This document shows, one piece after another, positions 23,887 through 39,600 of a DNA stretch of 64,000 nucleotides (position 1 is its first letter; each line of letters begins with the position of its first letter). The DNA is from Paraspadella gotoi. Its lineage: Eukaryota > Animalia > Chaetognatha. The stretch is from NCBI GenBank assembly GCA_051294375.1, contig CM119267.1, positions 15,726,105-15,790,104 on the forward strand, written 5' to 3'. Under the pieces are notes generated by a model that worked only from the letters and a program-made list of their open reading frames with translations, was not told where the DNA came from and ran no database searches. The position numbers and the translations under genes are program-made.

Positions 23887-26800
23887 TTAGTTGGCAAAGT
23901 GTTTCTTTCCGTAATCGCTAATCACGCAGACGTGGTTGAGGTCGCGATAATTTTCGTTATAGTCGAATGCGCAGCCCACGATAAAAACGTCAGGAATTTC
24001 GAATCCGACATAATCTATAAAGGGGGTAAAAAATTCCAACTTATTTTTTGACCGATGTTTTATAGCAGTCATAAGCATAATTTCCGAAAAAAGGAATAAG
24101 GTAAAATGCATCATTATTAAAAAAAAATTAAATCTTAAAAGTATAGTGATCTTACCAGACGTTACTATCAAAGAAAATTAATAAAAAAATCAAAAAAAAA
24201 ATAGTAATTGATTTATGTAATAGTAATTGTTAGATGTAATAGTAATAGATTGATGTAATAGTAATAGATTGATGTAATAGTAATTGATTAATGAAATAAA
24301 AATTGATTGATATAATAATAATTGTTTAATTTAATAATAATAATAATTGATTGATGTAATAATAATTGATTAATGTAATACTAATTGATTGATGTAATAA
24401 TAATTTATTGATGTAATAATAATTTATTGATGTAATAATAATTTATTGATGTAATAATAATTTATTGATGTAATAATAATTTATTGATGTAATAATAATT
24501 TATTGATGTAATAATAATTTATTGATATAATAGTAATTTATTGATATAATAATAATTTATTGATATAATAGTAATTTATTGATATAATAGTAATTTATTG
24601 ATGTAATAGTAATTTATTGATGTAATAGTAATTTATTGATGTAATAGTAATTTATTGATGTAATAGTAATTTATTGATGTAATAGTAATTTATTGATGTA
24701 ATAGTAATTTATTGATGTAATAGTAATTTATTGATGTAATAATAATTTATTAATGTAATAGTAATTTATTTATGCGATGATAACCAATTATTGATGCGAT
24801 GATAACCAATTATTGATGAGAAGATAACCAAATATTGATGCGATGATAACCAAAAATTGATGCGATAATAACCAAATATTGATGCGATGATAACCAAATG
24901 ATTGATGCGATGATAGTCATTCATTGACGCTTTGAGTCATTAATCGTAAATAAAACAAACGCGTATATGAGAGAGAGAGAAAAAGAAAGAGAGAGCGAGC
25001 GAAATATAATTAAAAGTCCAGCCGCTGCAGAGCTTTTAACTCGTTTTTAGACGAATCAGAAGAGGTAGCGACGGAGAAAAAGAGAGACCAAGCGAGAGCG
25101 ACATAATTAAAAGAGAGTGACATATAATTTTTAGCTTCCTATGATATCACACTTTTATAATAATTACTCGTAATTCGTCATAATTTTTATATAAAATATA
25201 GATATAATTGTTTTGTAAATAAAACAAACAAATGCGTGTAGCAATATGAAACATGTGAACCTAAAAGATCTTGCTGATTAAAAGCTATATCTAAATTTTT
25301 AGCTTCCTATGGTTACACACTTTTATAATTTTTAATTGTAAAAAAGCGTAATGACGACGACGACAACGGTCAAAAGAAGCAGAAGCGAACTAAAAAGAAC
25401 ATACCTGGAACGTATCCGATGCTTTTAGGCGTTCTCTTTAACGCCAGTGAAACAACTTTTACTGAAGCAGGTTCTACTTGCTTTAATATCTCCAATAATT
25501 TAATCATCGTTCGTCCTGTGAAAAATTAATAATTAATAACTTAGAGCCTGAGATTTATTTTAGTTAATCATTTAGAGAGGAAAAGCGAGAATGGAGATTC
25601 GTAGAAGCTCAATAAGCTGTCCTTATTGACATTAAAGAGTGTGGTCAATTTTGATTCCAAACTTTCACTTCACCCTACTGGTCATTGGTAGATTGTCCAA
25701 TAACTAATTATGGCAACGGGTAGACGTGTGAGATGCCCGGAGTGTGCTCCGGGCTTTTGACCTGCAGTGACCACCCCATGTCACTGGCGTGTTAATGCTA
25801 ACACCATCACAGTTAACCAGCGTGACCGTGGGGGGATTAAACCCGGAACTCACAGTTTGAGAACGAGTACTTAGCAGTCCAAGTTAATGGGACGAGGTGA
25901 GTTTCACCAATCACCAAGCTATACGGGAGGCGATTTTATGATTTGCCACAGAACACCTATGGCGCCGGAGGTAGCACGAGCTTCTCCCAAACCAAAGGAC
26001 TCGGGTTCGCGCCCTGCTTATTCACACAAAGCGCCACGGGGCGTCTAACCCACCAGTAGTGACGGACTACAGCCGGATCCGAAGTTCTGGATCTTGTGTG
26101 CAACGGACCGCGACCTGCTCGCGGCATAGTCTTCCACAATCACTCTCCTTTCGGTTGCACCTGTATCGACGATGTCTTCGACGACCAATATGTGTTTCCC
26201 CCTCAGGCGATGAAGCTTGTCTCCACCAACTACCTTGACTTCGCCGGTCGACTCATCATTCTCGTAGCTTTTAAGCCTGATGAAGTCCATTTTGACTGGC
26301 ACGCTTGCATTGGGAGAGTATGAGTTGATTTTTTCTATCTTTTTCAACAAATCACCGAAAAATCTGAGAATGTCAACAAAATTGTTTTTGCAATGATGGA
26401 GCAAGTTGAAAACATTGTGGGAGCGAACCTGTAAGCACCCTTTAACGTGCATAAAGCGAGAACTGATTCGCCCGGAGTATTGTTGAATACGCTTAAGTAA
26501 TGTCGGTGAATGTCAAAGGCGAGTTTTTCGGTTCTGTCATCAAGCAAACCCGCCGGAATCATCACTACGTAACAAAAAAATTATTTGTAATGAATGGATC
26601 AGCACCGTAATGCCCTGACCCAACGGGAACCAAGCAAGGCGGGTGATGAAGCCTATATTGTTAACCCGGCGGCAGAAGTCTGTCACAGAGCGAGATAAAA
26701 GTTATTCAATCGGTTTGGGTTTGCTCGTGACTATTCTTATAATTATATTCTTATCTGATTCTATGACTTTTAAAAGGCGATAGACCGACGTGAGTCTATT

Positions 26801-27434
26801 ACCCCTCCTTCTCATTCACCTCATCCTCCTCCCAGGGATTCGGGGCCGTGTTCACGAGGTTCACTTCATCTTTCACTCTCTCTCTCTCTTTCTCCTAATC
26901 CTAGTTATTCCCCTTTTTTCGCCCTCATGATATTTAATTATCAATTTTTACAAAAAATCTATTTTTTTTTCTCTGCCCTCCCAACCTCTCCACTTCCATC
27001 AACTAACTTTAATCGTGTATCGTCTCTAAACGAAATTCTATCCAGCGTCATATTTTTTTTCTTTCTTATCTCTCAATCACGTCGCCGTTGCCACCTCTCC
27101 CACCATCCCGTCGTCACGCTTCTCGTCGCCGTCAACTTTGGAAATAAACCCTTAGATTTTCTCACGTCCATTTTCTTACGATTTTTGACTCTCAATGTCG
27201 GAATTTTTAGGCCTAGGCCCGTCTGGCGAGATAAAAAAACAATTCGGCAAACAATCGGCAATAAATTTCAATCAATGAATTACTTGTAGAGAAAACATCG
27301 CCGTCTCCAGGATATATCGTTCGCTTACCATTTTCTAAAGTTTTTTTATAATGAGTCGGAATGTTGAAAAGGTCCATGTCGTATCCTTCGAATCCATCAG
27401 GAATAGATATCCACGGCTTGCCTCCTCTCGACAT
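23887..27434 (-). CDS. HPRT1: Hypoxanthine-guanine phosphoribosyltransferase (multi-exon)
   Basis: [23 protein letters not shown] motif [43 protein letters not shown]. Confidence 0.93.
24210..24920. repeat. Minisatellite (19-bp AATTTATTGATGTAAT(A/AG)T unit grading into a ~21-bp GATGCGATGATAACCAAA unit) inside an H2 element
   Basis: Direct inspection of the tandem units. Confidence 0.9.
25709..25950 (-). mobile_element. Solo LTR (same subfamily as 15050) with a mutated twister core
   Basis: Reverse complement aligns to 15050-15290; TAA>TTA at the cleavage motif and T1 partner CCA>CAA. Confidence 0.8.
25956..26100 (+). mobile_element. Divergent family B copy abutting a solo LTR
   Basis: tRNA-like head (CTCCCAAACCAAAGG..CGGGTTC); closing stem CACACAA/TTGTGTG; CGG-GGCGTC-TAA-CCC-AC...TCCGAAGT. 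Confidence 0.55.
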
Positions 27435-28321
27435 TTTGAGAGTGGTTTTTCTAAAACCCAAAATTAATAAATCTACGCCTAATCAAGTTACACTGAACCT
27501 AGTACTTAATGGTATTAGGTATACAAATAATGCCCATATGTATAATTCGAAACAGATTGATTCATTGAAAATAAAAAAGCCACGAAAATGAAAATTAACT
27601 CAATTTTTATTATTAAACAAATGGAATTTACAATACAATTCAAAAATACATAAATAATTCATAAATAATAATTAATACATAATAATTAATATAAACCATG
27701 CATACAGTAATTAATACATAAATCGGGGACTACCAAAATTGAAATGTTTTCCAAATTCATTTTAAATACAAATAGCCATTTTGAATAGCCAAATCTATTA
27801 AGACAATTTTGTAAAAATATTTTGTATTGTTATAAAAACATTGGGCCTCAGGAAGACAATGCTGTATGCACTGTACTGCGCTGTAGAGTGTACAATACTT
27901 TTCAATAGAAGATAGTTCCGGTTGAAATCTAGTTTGTGAACTATTTTAACAAAATCATTACAATCAACAATGCAGCGATTTGACGACGCGGAGTCAGCAG
28001 TCACGACCGAGGGGCGGAGATGGTGATGGCGATGGTGCCCCGGAGGTCTTAATGGACTAACCAGCGCAGCGCAAAGACCGTATTCATCCGCATCGTTTTT
28101 ACCAATGGTAACGGAGAAAATTAGGAATCAATGTCTTTATTATTAACAAGAAGTTCATTCGGTAAGTCTTAATTTTTCTCATATACTGATTTTGTTGCTT
28201 ATTATTTAAGATGAGGAAAGACTCCGCTACAAAAAGAAAAAAAAACCGGATAAAATTCCAGCACAAAAAAAAAACAATACATGAACGTTTTGAGGAATGT
28301 AAAAACAAATCCTTTACAATG

Positions 28322-30503
<2,182 letters not shown>

Positions 30504-30625
30504 TTAAAATTTTTAGAAGAAACTGAAAATAGCATTCAATAGTAATGCAAATGGAAGGGATTGTATAAATGCAAATTATAATGACAATATAACTGAATTA
30601 AAGAAAAGTAAAAATAGAGAAGAAA

Positions 30626-33600
30626 TTAATCAGAATCGTCATCATCGTCGACAACGCGACCCTTGCTGGAGCTATGATGTCCGCGCTTGGAGTATTGACG
30701 TGCCAGTTTCTTATCAACCCCATTCTTGACCATGGTGCGCCAACGGTCTTTAAGCGAAATGTTGGTTCGACGCTCGTCAAATTTGGTTCCGTAAACTTCC
30801 ATTATTTTGCACCATGAACCTTCGCCGTAAATTTGCACCCCTAAATATTAAAATGATGGAATTTTGACATTTTTGCAGTTCATTTTGTTTCAATTATAGG
30901 AAAGAAACAGAAGAGTTTGAAATGAATTTTCAACAACGATTTTATTTTAATAAAAAAACGGACATGTTTCGGCTTAACTACAAGCCTTCTAATTATTACA
31001 CAACGAAAAGAAATGATTATACCACAAGGAAAGAAACAAAATTTATCATTCAAGTTGATAAAACTATGAAAATAATACAGAAGTCTTCATATGTCCCCGT
31101 TTTTCTGACCGAGAATCCAATCTAACCAAATCACTGAACCAAATTCTAACTAATGGGACTATCGAGGCGATTTTCAATATTTTACCCCTGAGCTAGGATA
31201 CGGGGCCCTTGGGGGGTCACCTCATGGGGGCAAAAAATGACCAAAAATGCTAATTTTTTGTGTGTGATCAATTGCATTATTACTTAACTTTGCAGAAAAC
31301 TATTTTAAATTTAATTTTCATAAATTTAAATTTATTTTTCTTCCTTTAAACTTGCTGAGTCCATCATTTTAGATCTAATTTTTGCTCTCCACTAAAAAAG
31401 TTAACATGAACAGGATTTTGCTTGCCGTCCCATCCTCCCCTTGCTCTTCCTCTTCTTTCTTCCTCCTCCTCCTGCCACTCCGTATATTTTGTCTAGCGAT
31501 ACATTCTCTCGTTTTTACTCTGAGCGAAATAGATGATTTCCTCACGCCTTCAATAGCCCTCAAGTTTATGATCCTGGAAATAGAGTGAAAATGGTTTTTT
31601 GTCATAATAATAAAAAAAATTGTCATAAATATATAACAAATGTACTTTTATGAACAAGTAAACGTTTCTGCAACTGATCAGGAAAAAAAAACTTGCAAAA
31701 TTAAAAAAAAAAAAAAATTGCCTAATGCCTATTTTTTGCCCGCCTAGACTAACCCCTATGAGGCCCATATCTCGAGTCATAAGTCGATAATCCCATTTCT
31801 ATTGCGCTAAAATTAATTCATGCACAATTTCACCGAAAACGAGAGAGAATCTTTTAATATGAAGCCTTCTGTATTTAAAAAGCAAATTCTGTAGAAATAA
31901 GCACATTCAGCATTTCCCATACGAATTACCTTTCCAGAGGTGATATGTCTCAAATTGACTCCATTCCAACTTATACGTTCTCCTTCCGCCGCTCGACCTG
32001 CCGAACCTCTTTTCCTCTTCATCGTCGAGGTCAGTATCTTACGGACAAAAAATATATTTAAAAAATAAAAAGCATATTAAGTGAATGAAGTTAATAAGTC
32101 TTACTTTTCTTTGATCTTTTTTCGGTCCTTTCTTCGTTGAGATCTGTAGGTCTCCTTTTTCTCATCGCGATCGCAGAAGTCTTCGTTTTGAACGGAGTCT
32201 CTTTTTTGGCTAGAGTGGGTGGAATCTTGGCGACGTTCTTACTCGTGGTCACAGAAACGTCCTCATCGAGATCGTCGTCTCGTTGAGCGACGTTGTAATC
32301 GGTCGTTTCGGCTTCGGAGATTTCGGGATCGTCTTGGGGAGCTTCGTTCTCGTCGTTAGCTTCGTCTTCGTCGAAAATTCCCTTGCTGGAGCCGGGGAGC
32401 CTTTTAAACCGGCGCGGTTTGATTCTACGACCCTGGCCGAGAAAAATGTCCGGGCTGGTGTCGTCGTTTTCGTCTACCACCGTACTGGAGGGGCCCGCTG
32501 GGAGTGGCTGTCCCAAATCAGCTCCTTGCTCATCATCTTCGACGTTTCTCCGCCGAGAAAGCGACTCGCTCTCAAAATCCGGCGCTTCATTTTCTCTTAA
32601 GACAACTCGCTCGCCAGCGGAAACGATTTTCTCTTTTCTCTCTTCCTTCTCCGTCTCATCGTCTGTTTTCGACTTTGATTTTCCCATGACCTTACCGATT
32701 ATTTTACCAAGAGGAAGCCCAAAATAGGGCAAGGTGTGAACCATTTGCGTTTGCCAGCCCTCATTGACCTCTCGAGTCGCCTGGAAAGAAATTTAAAACT
32801 TATTGAAAATATTTTAATCTTTTCTAATTCTAAAAGTTTCGGGGCAAAATTATTCCTTCGTGAGACAGTATTACGTCTCCGCATAGTTTCACACACTAAA
32901 ATTTGTCATCGGTTAAATCCGCAACTAACTCCTACTGCTACGTATGCATTTTTTTTTCTAAGACGGCGACAAAACGACGCTGATTCCTCCAATCAAACCT
33001 GGTTTCTGTTTTGTTCCGGTGTCGATTTTCTTTCCTCACTCGAGCCGAATAAGGACGATGATCCGTTGATCTCCGTAAGTGGCGCAATAGGCGCAGACTG
33101 CTGAGCCAATAACGGCTGCGACATTAGATCCTGCGACTCGCGTCCGGATCCACTCGCGACCGACCCCTTTGCATGATCGTCGTCCGAGGCGTCGTAATAG
33201 ATAGGAGAATCGGCCAAGTCTTGACGATGAGGAGGGGAGGTAGACAACGACGGCCGGCGGACTGTCGGCAACACACGAACGGGAAGCAAAACGTCGATTT
33301 CAGAATGAGCTCGCGACGATCCACCGGCACCTTCTTCGGTGGCCACACGAGCGCTTGTATGAAGAAGAGTGGGGCGATCTTTTTGGACATTCGTGACGGC
33401 ATGGGTTGGATATTCGCAACGAGTGGTGTCGAGGTCACAGTTGGATTTGAGGAAGTCCTCAATCGCGGCTGGATCATTTTCGAATGGTTCTGTCTCCGCA
33501 GCAAGGCGTAGTGACGAAGGCGCTGGGTGATGTCGCCCGCATTCGCAAACGATATTCAAAACTGCATCGTGGAAAGGTAAGGCTCTGGACGCGGCAAGGC

Positions 33601-34639
33601 TCAAAAGGGATGATTTCCCCTTGAACATTTTTTGGGGACTGCAACCATCTGGGCGGAAATAAAGAAACATAAAATCGAACTCGTTGTTTTCAATCATGAA
33701 GACGGAAAGAGATGATCTCTCACCGAAAACTATTTCGACGGCTTTGTCTCGGAACACGGTGAACTTGAACTTGTCGACGAAAGAGTGAGATGGGTTGTTG
33801 CTGTTCGCGCAAGCCTTTATCACAGTTTTGAGGCTTTCATCGATCGTCACGTCCTTGCAGTTTAACGTCGAACATAACATTCTAAATGAGAGAAAAAAGT
33901 AGGTAATAACTGAACTGGGTATATACTAATAAATATGAATACGTCTATCGAGGATTAGAACTCTACCTGGCGCCTTCAAAATCACCGCGTTTAACTTTTG
34001 CGACAATGTTGTGGGTGAGAACCAAATTATTCAATCCGTGATGTTCAAAAGTTAAACAAAGCTCCCACAACTTCTTCTCCGTCACTTCACGAACGGAATC
34101 GTCTAATTATAAATAATTTACTTAATAATAAAACGAACTAGTTCTACATGTATATAACTATCGAGACTCGCCTGTATCGTCTTCGGGATCACAGTCCAAC
34201 AAATGCAATACAAACTTAATGACGTTTAGTATTTGGTTAATTAATGTAGTATCCGGGAGTTCCCTCTTGTTTTGTTGAAATAAAAGACCGTCGATCCAAA
34301 ATCTGTCAATAGAAAGAAATATACTAAATACATACTACATAGCAGCAGTTTATTTAAGTCTGCTCCAATCGGTCGATTCACTCGCTTTTATCCTGCCTTA
34401 AAATATATATAGATTTTCAACACTATTTTCTCATCCTTTCCCACGTACTTATATGCTATTAAGATACATATCATGGTCACTTTCAGAAAAAGAAAAAAAA
34501 AATACCTCAGGCCCATGTCAATGAATTCGTTTTCGAAGTAGCAATGCCAAAACATTTCATAAACGTATTCAGCTATCCAGCCGTTTACGTGTGCCAGTTG
34601 CAACTTCGGATAGTGAAATTGAGACTGAGGAGGCTCCAT
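30626..34639 (-). CDS. TRF1/TRF2-like telomere-repeat-binding protein with C-terminal telobox Myb domain
   Basis: Spliced WSQFETYHLWKG|VQIYGEGSW...RRTNISLKDRWRTM telobox; helical N-terminal region (possible TRFH) and a long disordered linker. Confidence 0.72.
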
Positions 34640-34741
34640 GTTTTTGATTGAGGAGTGTAAAATAGTACAATGATACAAAATCTGATAACCCAGCTATTAA
34701 AACAAAAACAAAATAAAGGGAAAAAAAAAATCACTAAATCG

Positions 34742-36103
34742 TTATTCCGAAACTTTTTTTAAAGAGTTATTGCAAAAAATACTAATTTTTTGGTTAATGG
34801 TTTCCTTTGTCGTTTGGTCGGCGAAAATATAATTAACACTGCGCTTCGCTAATTCCGTCATTTCTATTTGGTTTATTCCAAAATGTTTAGAGAGCAACCA
34901 GTATTCCTTTGAAAGATTCGTCTTGAAGACGCCGATATCGTCGGTACAGATTGCAACAGGGTGAGCAAGAGGCTTGCCATCCATGTAGTACCAGTCTTTA
35001 AAATGATGATCTCGGTAGCTCTCCACAGTTTTGTTGATAACGTTTGATGAGAGACACAGCTCGAGTGGAATAAAATTTTTTCGAACCAAACTTTCAATTT
35101 CGTCAGATCCGCCTAAAATTTATTCTTTAATTATTTTCCGCCAAATGTCGATAATACTTAGACCATCAGGGCTCTCACCTCTATTCTTGTTCAAGCAGGT
35201 TCCATGCCCTATTCTATCGGGAACAAAGGCTTTTAAAAAGCCCAAAACCTCGAGTTGATTAGGGAATTCGGCCAAATGAACGGATGATCTGAGCCCGAAT
35301 CGTCGCGCTTCCTCCAAAATGGGGACGTAATCAGCGAGATTTCCTCGGCGAGGATCGCCACTAACATCTAGGCCTGTCTAACGAAAAAACTGTTAAATTA
35401 TTACACAATTTCTACGTAAAATGTCAAATCTCTAGTGTTTCGGAAATAGTATGTAACAGATAATATCAAATTATCAATAAAACTCGATCCTGAAATAATC
35501 CTCACCCAGTACGACGTTTCCGTACAAATCTTTGAACTCCTTGGCAAGATGCAGAGTATCGCGCGCGTCTTCCAGCCCTCTGCTACGATCGAACGACAAC
35601 AGAAGCCTGACGTCGACTCCGCGTTCGTGACGACCGCGGCTAAATCCATCCAACACCGTCGTCAGGTAGGATCTCTTCGTCATTCCCGTCGAGGGCTCCG
35701 CTCGAGGAGTAGTCCGAACTTCTGCGTAAACGACGCCGTCCTCGGCGAAGGTTTCCATCAAATCGTCGACGATCAAGCGGATCTGAGTACGAAGCCCCAA
35801 TAAATTTAGTTATGGACGTCGATCGTTGCCAATTCCTGAGGAACTTGCCGCCATTTCGTCGACGGCGAGGGCGTGGATGAGGTTAAAGACACGAAAAGCG
35901 TCCGCCAACGCGATTGGATCCTCGTTTGCAGGATCGAGTTTTTCTACCAATTCAATGATTTCGCCCGACATCCTGAGACTTTCCTCTGTTTTAGGATCGC
36001 TATCCTTACGATTCGCAACGAGTCTTTTTAGAGTATCGTGTCCGATCGAACCATTCAAGTGAGTGTGCAGTTCGACCTTGGGCAATCGTTGGAAAAAATC
36101 CAT
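34742..36103 (-). CDS. ADAL: Adenosine deaminase-like protein (N6-mAMP deaminase)
   Basis: LPKVELHTHLNGS, DGVVYAEVRTTPR, VHLAE, DRIGHG, PLELCLSSN, ICTDDIGVF. Confidence 0.92.
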
Positions 36104-36623
36104 TTTGTGACTTATAAAAACTGAGAAATAGTTCGTTGCACTTGCACGAATATTGACTATGGGGAAAAAATTATATCACAAGAAAAATATTATTTCACTA
36201 ATCACTATTTCTATCTAACATCACATCATAAAAAACGCCACTTTGAATTTCCAAGTTTTTAATATATTAAAAGAATTTGACGATAAATTTTATCTCTTTG
36301 GCTTTGCTCACCTTTATTTTGATCAATCAGTGAATAATTAATATATATTAAAATTACTCTTAATATTTAAAATATATAAAATAAAACCAACAATACTCAA
36401 AGACTTCGTTGAACTTTCACAAACACAAAAAAGTAAATATTTTAAATAAGTATATAGACTAGTTTGGTAGGCAGAATTTTTCAGCAAAATAATTGCTCTC
36501 TTAATAAAAGTTAGCACATAAATATCGAGAAGTCCAACCGCAGACAAACGAGAGCATTAACTTGGTTCAGTCATTACTGTTTTTTCCCGCATATGGGTAA
36601 ATTGGAACAGGGTCGTAGATTCT

Positions 36624-39600
36624 TCAAGCGTAAACGAGACGGAAGGTGTTCGTAAAACCGGGACCTTTCTTCCATCCATGTATGATGATAACGCTGTCTC
36701 CAGCTTTGACGAAGTTTTCATCCTTGCCGCGCCTGATCGCTGCTTGAATGCGATTATCCAAATCTTTTTCCCAACATTCGTCTCTGAGGAAAATGAGAAT
36801 TACGTTTTTTAAACAAAAATCTTAAAAGAATTGTGATCTCGCCTGACGTTACTATCAAAGAAAATTAATGAAAAAATCTGAAAAAAAAAAAATCTTAAAA
36901 CTAAAAGCATAAGGGATCGTCGCAATTGTTTAAAAAAAATGGACCCATGACAAACTTTGACACTAAAAAAATCAAATTTGATAAAGGAAAACTATGTTTT
37001 ATATATAAATCAATTAAAAAAAGAAAGAGAAAAAGAGAAGCCAAATCGTTTTCGGACGAATCAGCAGCGGCAGCAGCAGAGGCTGCCAGAAAAAAAGAAA
37101 GAAATCAAAAGGCAGCAGCAGAAGCAGCAGGAGAAAAGAGAGAAAAAGAAAAAGCCCCTGCAGAGCCAGCTGCAAACTCGTTTTTTTTTCCCGATGAATC
37201 AGCCTGGGGAAAAGAGAGAGAGCTACATATAATTAAAAGAGAAAAGAGAAAAAGAAGGAGACACAAAAATAAAAAAAATTTGTTTTTGATAAACATAAAC
37301 AAAACATATTTAATAACTGTCCTCACCCAATTTTAAGGACCTCGATGATGAGAAGCTGACGACAACAACGACGACCATGACGCCACTTATGCGCAAAAGT
37401 GTGACAGTATCGTCGCAAACGCTAAGCGATTGCGACGATAAAAAGGATTATGAGAAAGTTTACAGAAATTTTTTGGTATTGAAGAAAAATTAGAGATCAT
37501 GAATTAATATCAATTTATACAGTGAATACAGTTGCTTATATTCGAACTGGCTTAGCTTCCACTTACTTTATCCTTTTTCCATTTTTTTTCCTTTTCTTTC
37601 TTTTAGTTATATCTACAATTTTTTTCTTTGAATCAACGCAATCACCTCGGATTGGGATAATACATGGGATAAAGTCCACGATGCAGATGGGATTGCCTGG
37701 CCACCTGAGCGTGACGGGTGACAATTATGATGGGACAGCGAGGTCTGAAGGTGGCAATAACGTGGGCGGAGCGTCCCGTCGTCGTCATGACGACGATAGC
37801 CGCGGCATTGCACTTGAAGGAAGCAGCAACGGCGGCGATAGCGACTGTCATGGTGGAGTCAGTCGGAGTGGGGGTTTCCTACAAAATTTATTGACAAATT
37901 GGTTTCACAGATGATAATTGATTGAATATTAAACTCACTAACCTTCAATAAATCGTCAAACAACTGCCTGTGAAAAACGCAAGCCTCGGCTTCACGGCAA
38001 GTGTTCGACATGGTCGTGACAGCTTCAATCGGATGTTTCCCCTTGGCAGTCTCGCCGGAGAGCATAACGCAGTCAGAGCCGTCCAAAATTGCACCTGATT
38101 GAATAATTTTTCTCATTTATAACGTGTATTACGAACTTTACAGAATATGCCTCGAACATTCAAATTTAAAACCCAAAAAATATTTATCATTACATAAGAT
38201 TTGTAAAAGAAACAGCAGTAACCTCAAGAGTTTAAAATTTAATTTTACAAACCAGCAACATCGGATATTTCGGCCCTTGTTGGCCGTGGTTTAAACGTCA
38301 TAGATTCGAGCATTTGAGTTGCGCAGATGATAGGTTTTCCCGCGCGGTTGCATTTCCCATGCATCATTTTTTGAGCCACGTAAACCTGTGAAAAAGTACT
38401 TTCATCAAAAGCAGTCAAGAAATGACGATGACAAGCGATTTCATCGCAGGCGGAAGACGCGAGATTTCTAGCTGAGGCCCTCTAGCCTCGAGCCTTATTT
38501 CAATGATGTAACCCTATCGGCTGCTGATTAGTTAGTTTTATAACTACGAACTACTCAATTTATTATTTAAGAGGGGTAAATTGTGGATCTATGGAAGTAT
38601 GAACAATGAAGTCATAAGGCCAAATAGCTTATAAGAGTAATTTTATTTTTCATAAAAGTTTTTGAGTCAAGAAATTTGGCAACATAGGAGGTTCTGTTAG
38701 AATACGTCATAAAAAGCTTTTAGAACTTACCTTTTCCGCGGGGATTTCTATTCCCAAATCTCCCCTAGCAACCATGATGCCATCGGAAGCCTCGAGGATA
38801 TCGTCGAACCTTCGGACGCCTTCGTGATTTTCGATCTTGGAGATGATCTGAATCCCGGCCCCTTCCTCGCCTAGAATCTGGCGGATCTCACGCACAGCAT
38901 CACCGTTCCGGATGAACGATGCGAAAACCATATCCACCCCCTGTTAAAAAGTAAACGAGTGCTGTTTTCATAATGATTATTAAATGTATGTAATAATTTT
39001 GAATCAGACCTGTTCCACACCGAAAACCAAATCTCCGCGGTCTTTGTCGCTGACCGCAGGTAAGTCGACACAGGCACCTGGCAAGTTGACCCCCTTTTTC
39101 GAGCCGAGCACGCCACCATTTTCGACCATGCATTCGACGCCGTCGTCCACAACTTCTTTCACGAGCTGCCGAAAGTGTGAGATGTATAGATTTTTTAAAG
39201 TATTACGAAAGGCAAAATAAGGCTTACCAGAGAAATGAGACCATCATCAACGTATACTCGGCTGCCTGGCTTCACAACCTATGGAAAAAACGGAAAAGGT
39301 CTCACACAAAGCGGTTTCTCATTCCGAATAGGAATTTTAGAAAAATAAGGCTTAAATTACGACAGGAATGTTAAAAAATCACAAGTAAAAAGTAATGCAT
39401 TAAAAATTACCTTGACGATATTCGGATAATCCACAAACAAAACAGAATCATCGCAAACATCAAAATCTTCGGGCTAAAAAAAAAAAAGAATCGATTTACT
39501 TCTTCCTTATTATTACATTCAATTTTGATTCGCAGTACTTTGGTGGAGAGACGGATGCTGTTTCCCGTCTTGAGCGTCACTTCGCCAGAGCCACTCCCAG

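Noticed and set aside
24210-24920. CRISPR-like regular repeats
   Set aside because: Head-to-tail minisatellite without unique spacers, in a eukaryotic intron
31430-31575. Exon-like purine-rich block in the TRF-like gene
   Set aside because: The Myb domain is completed by splicing ~31930 to ~30841 without it; including it would disrupt the domain
36926-37336. 136-aa Lys/Ala-rich ORF
   Set aside because: Translation of GA/CAG microsatellites inside a repeat within a pyruvate kinase intron
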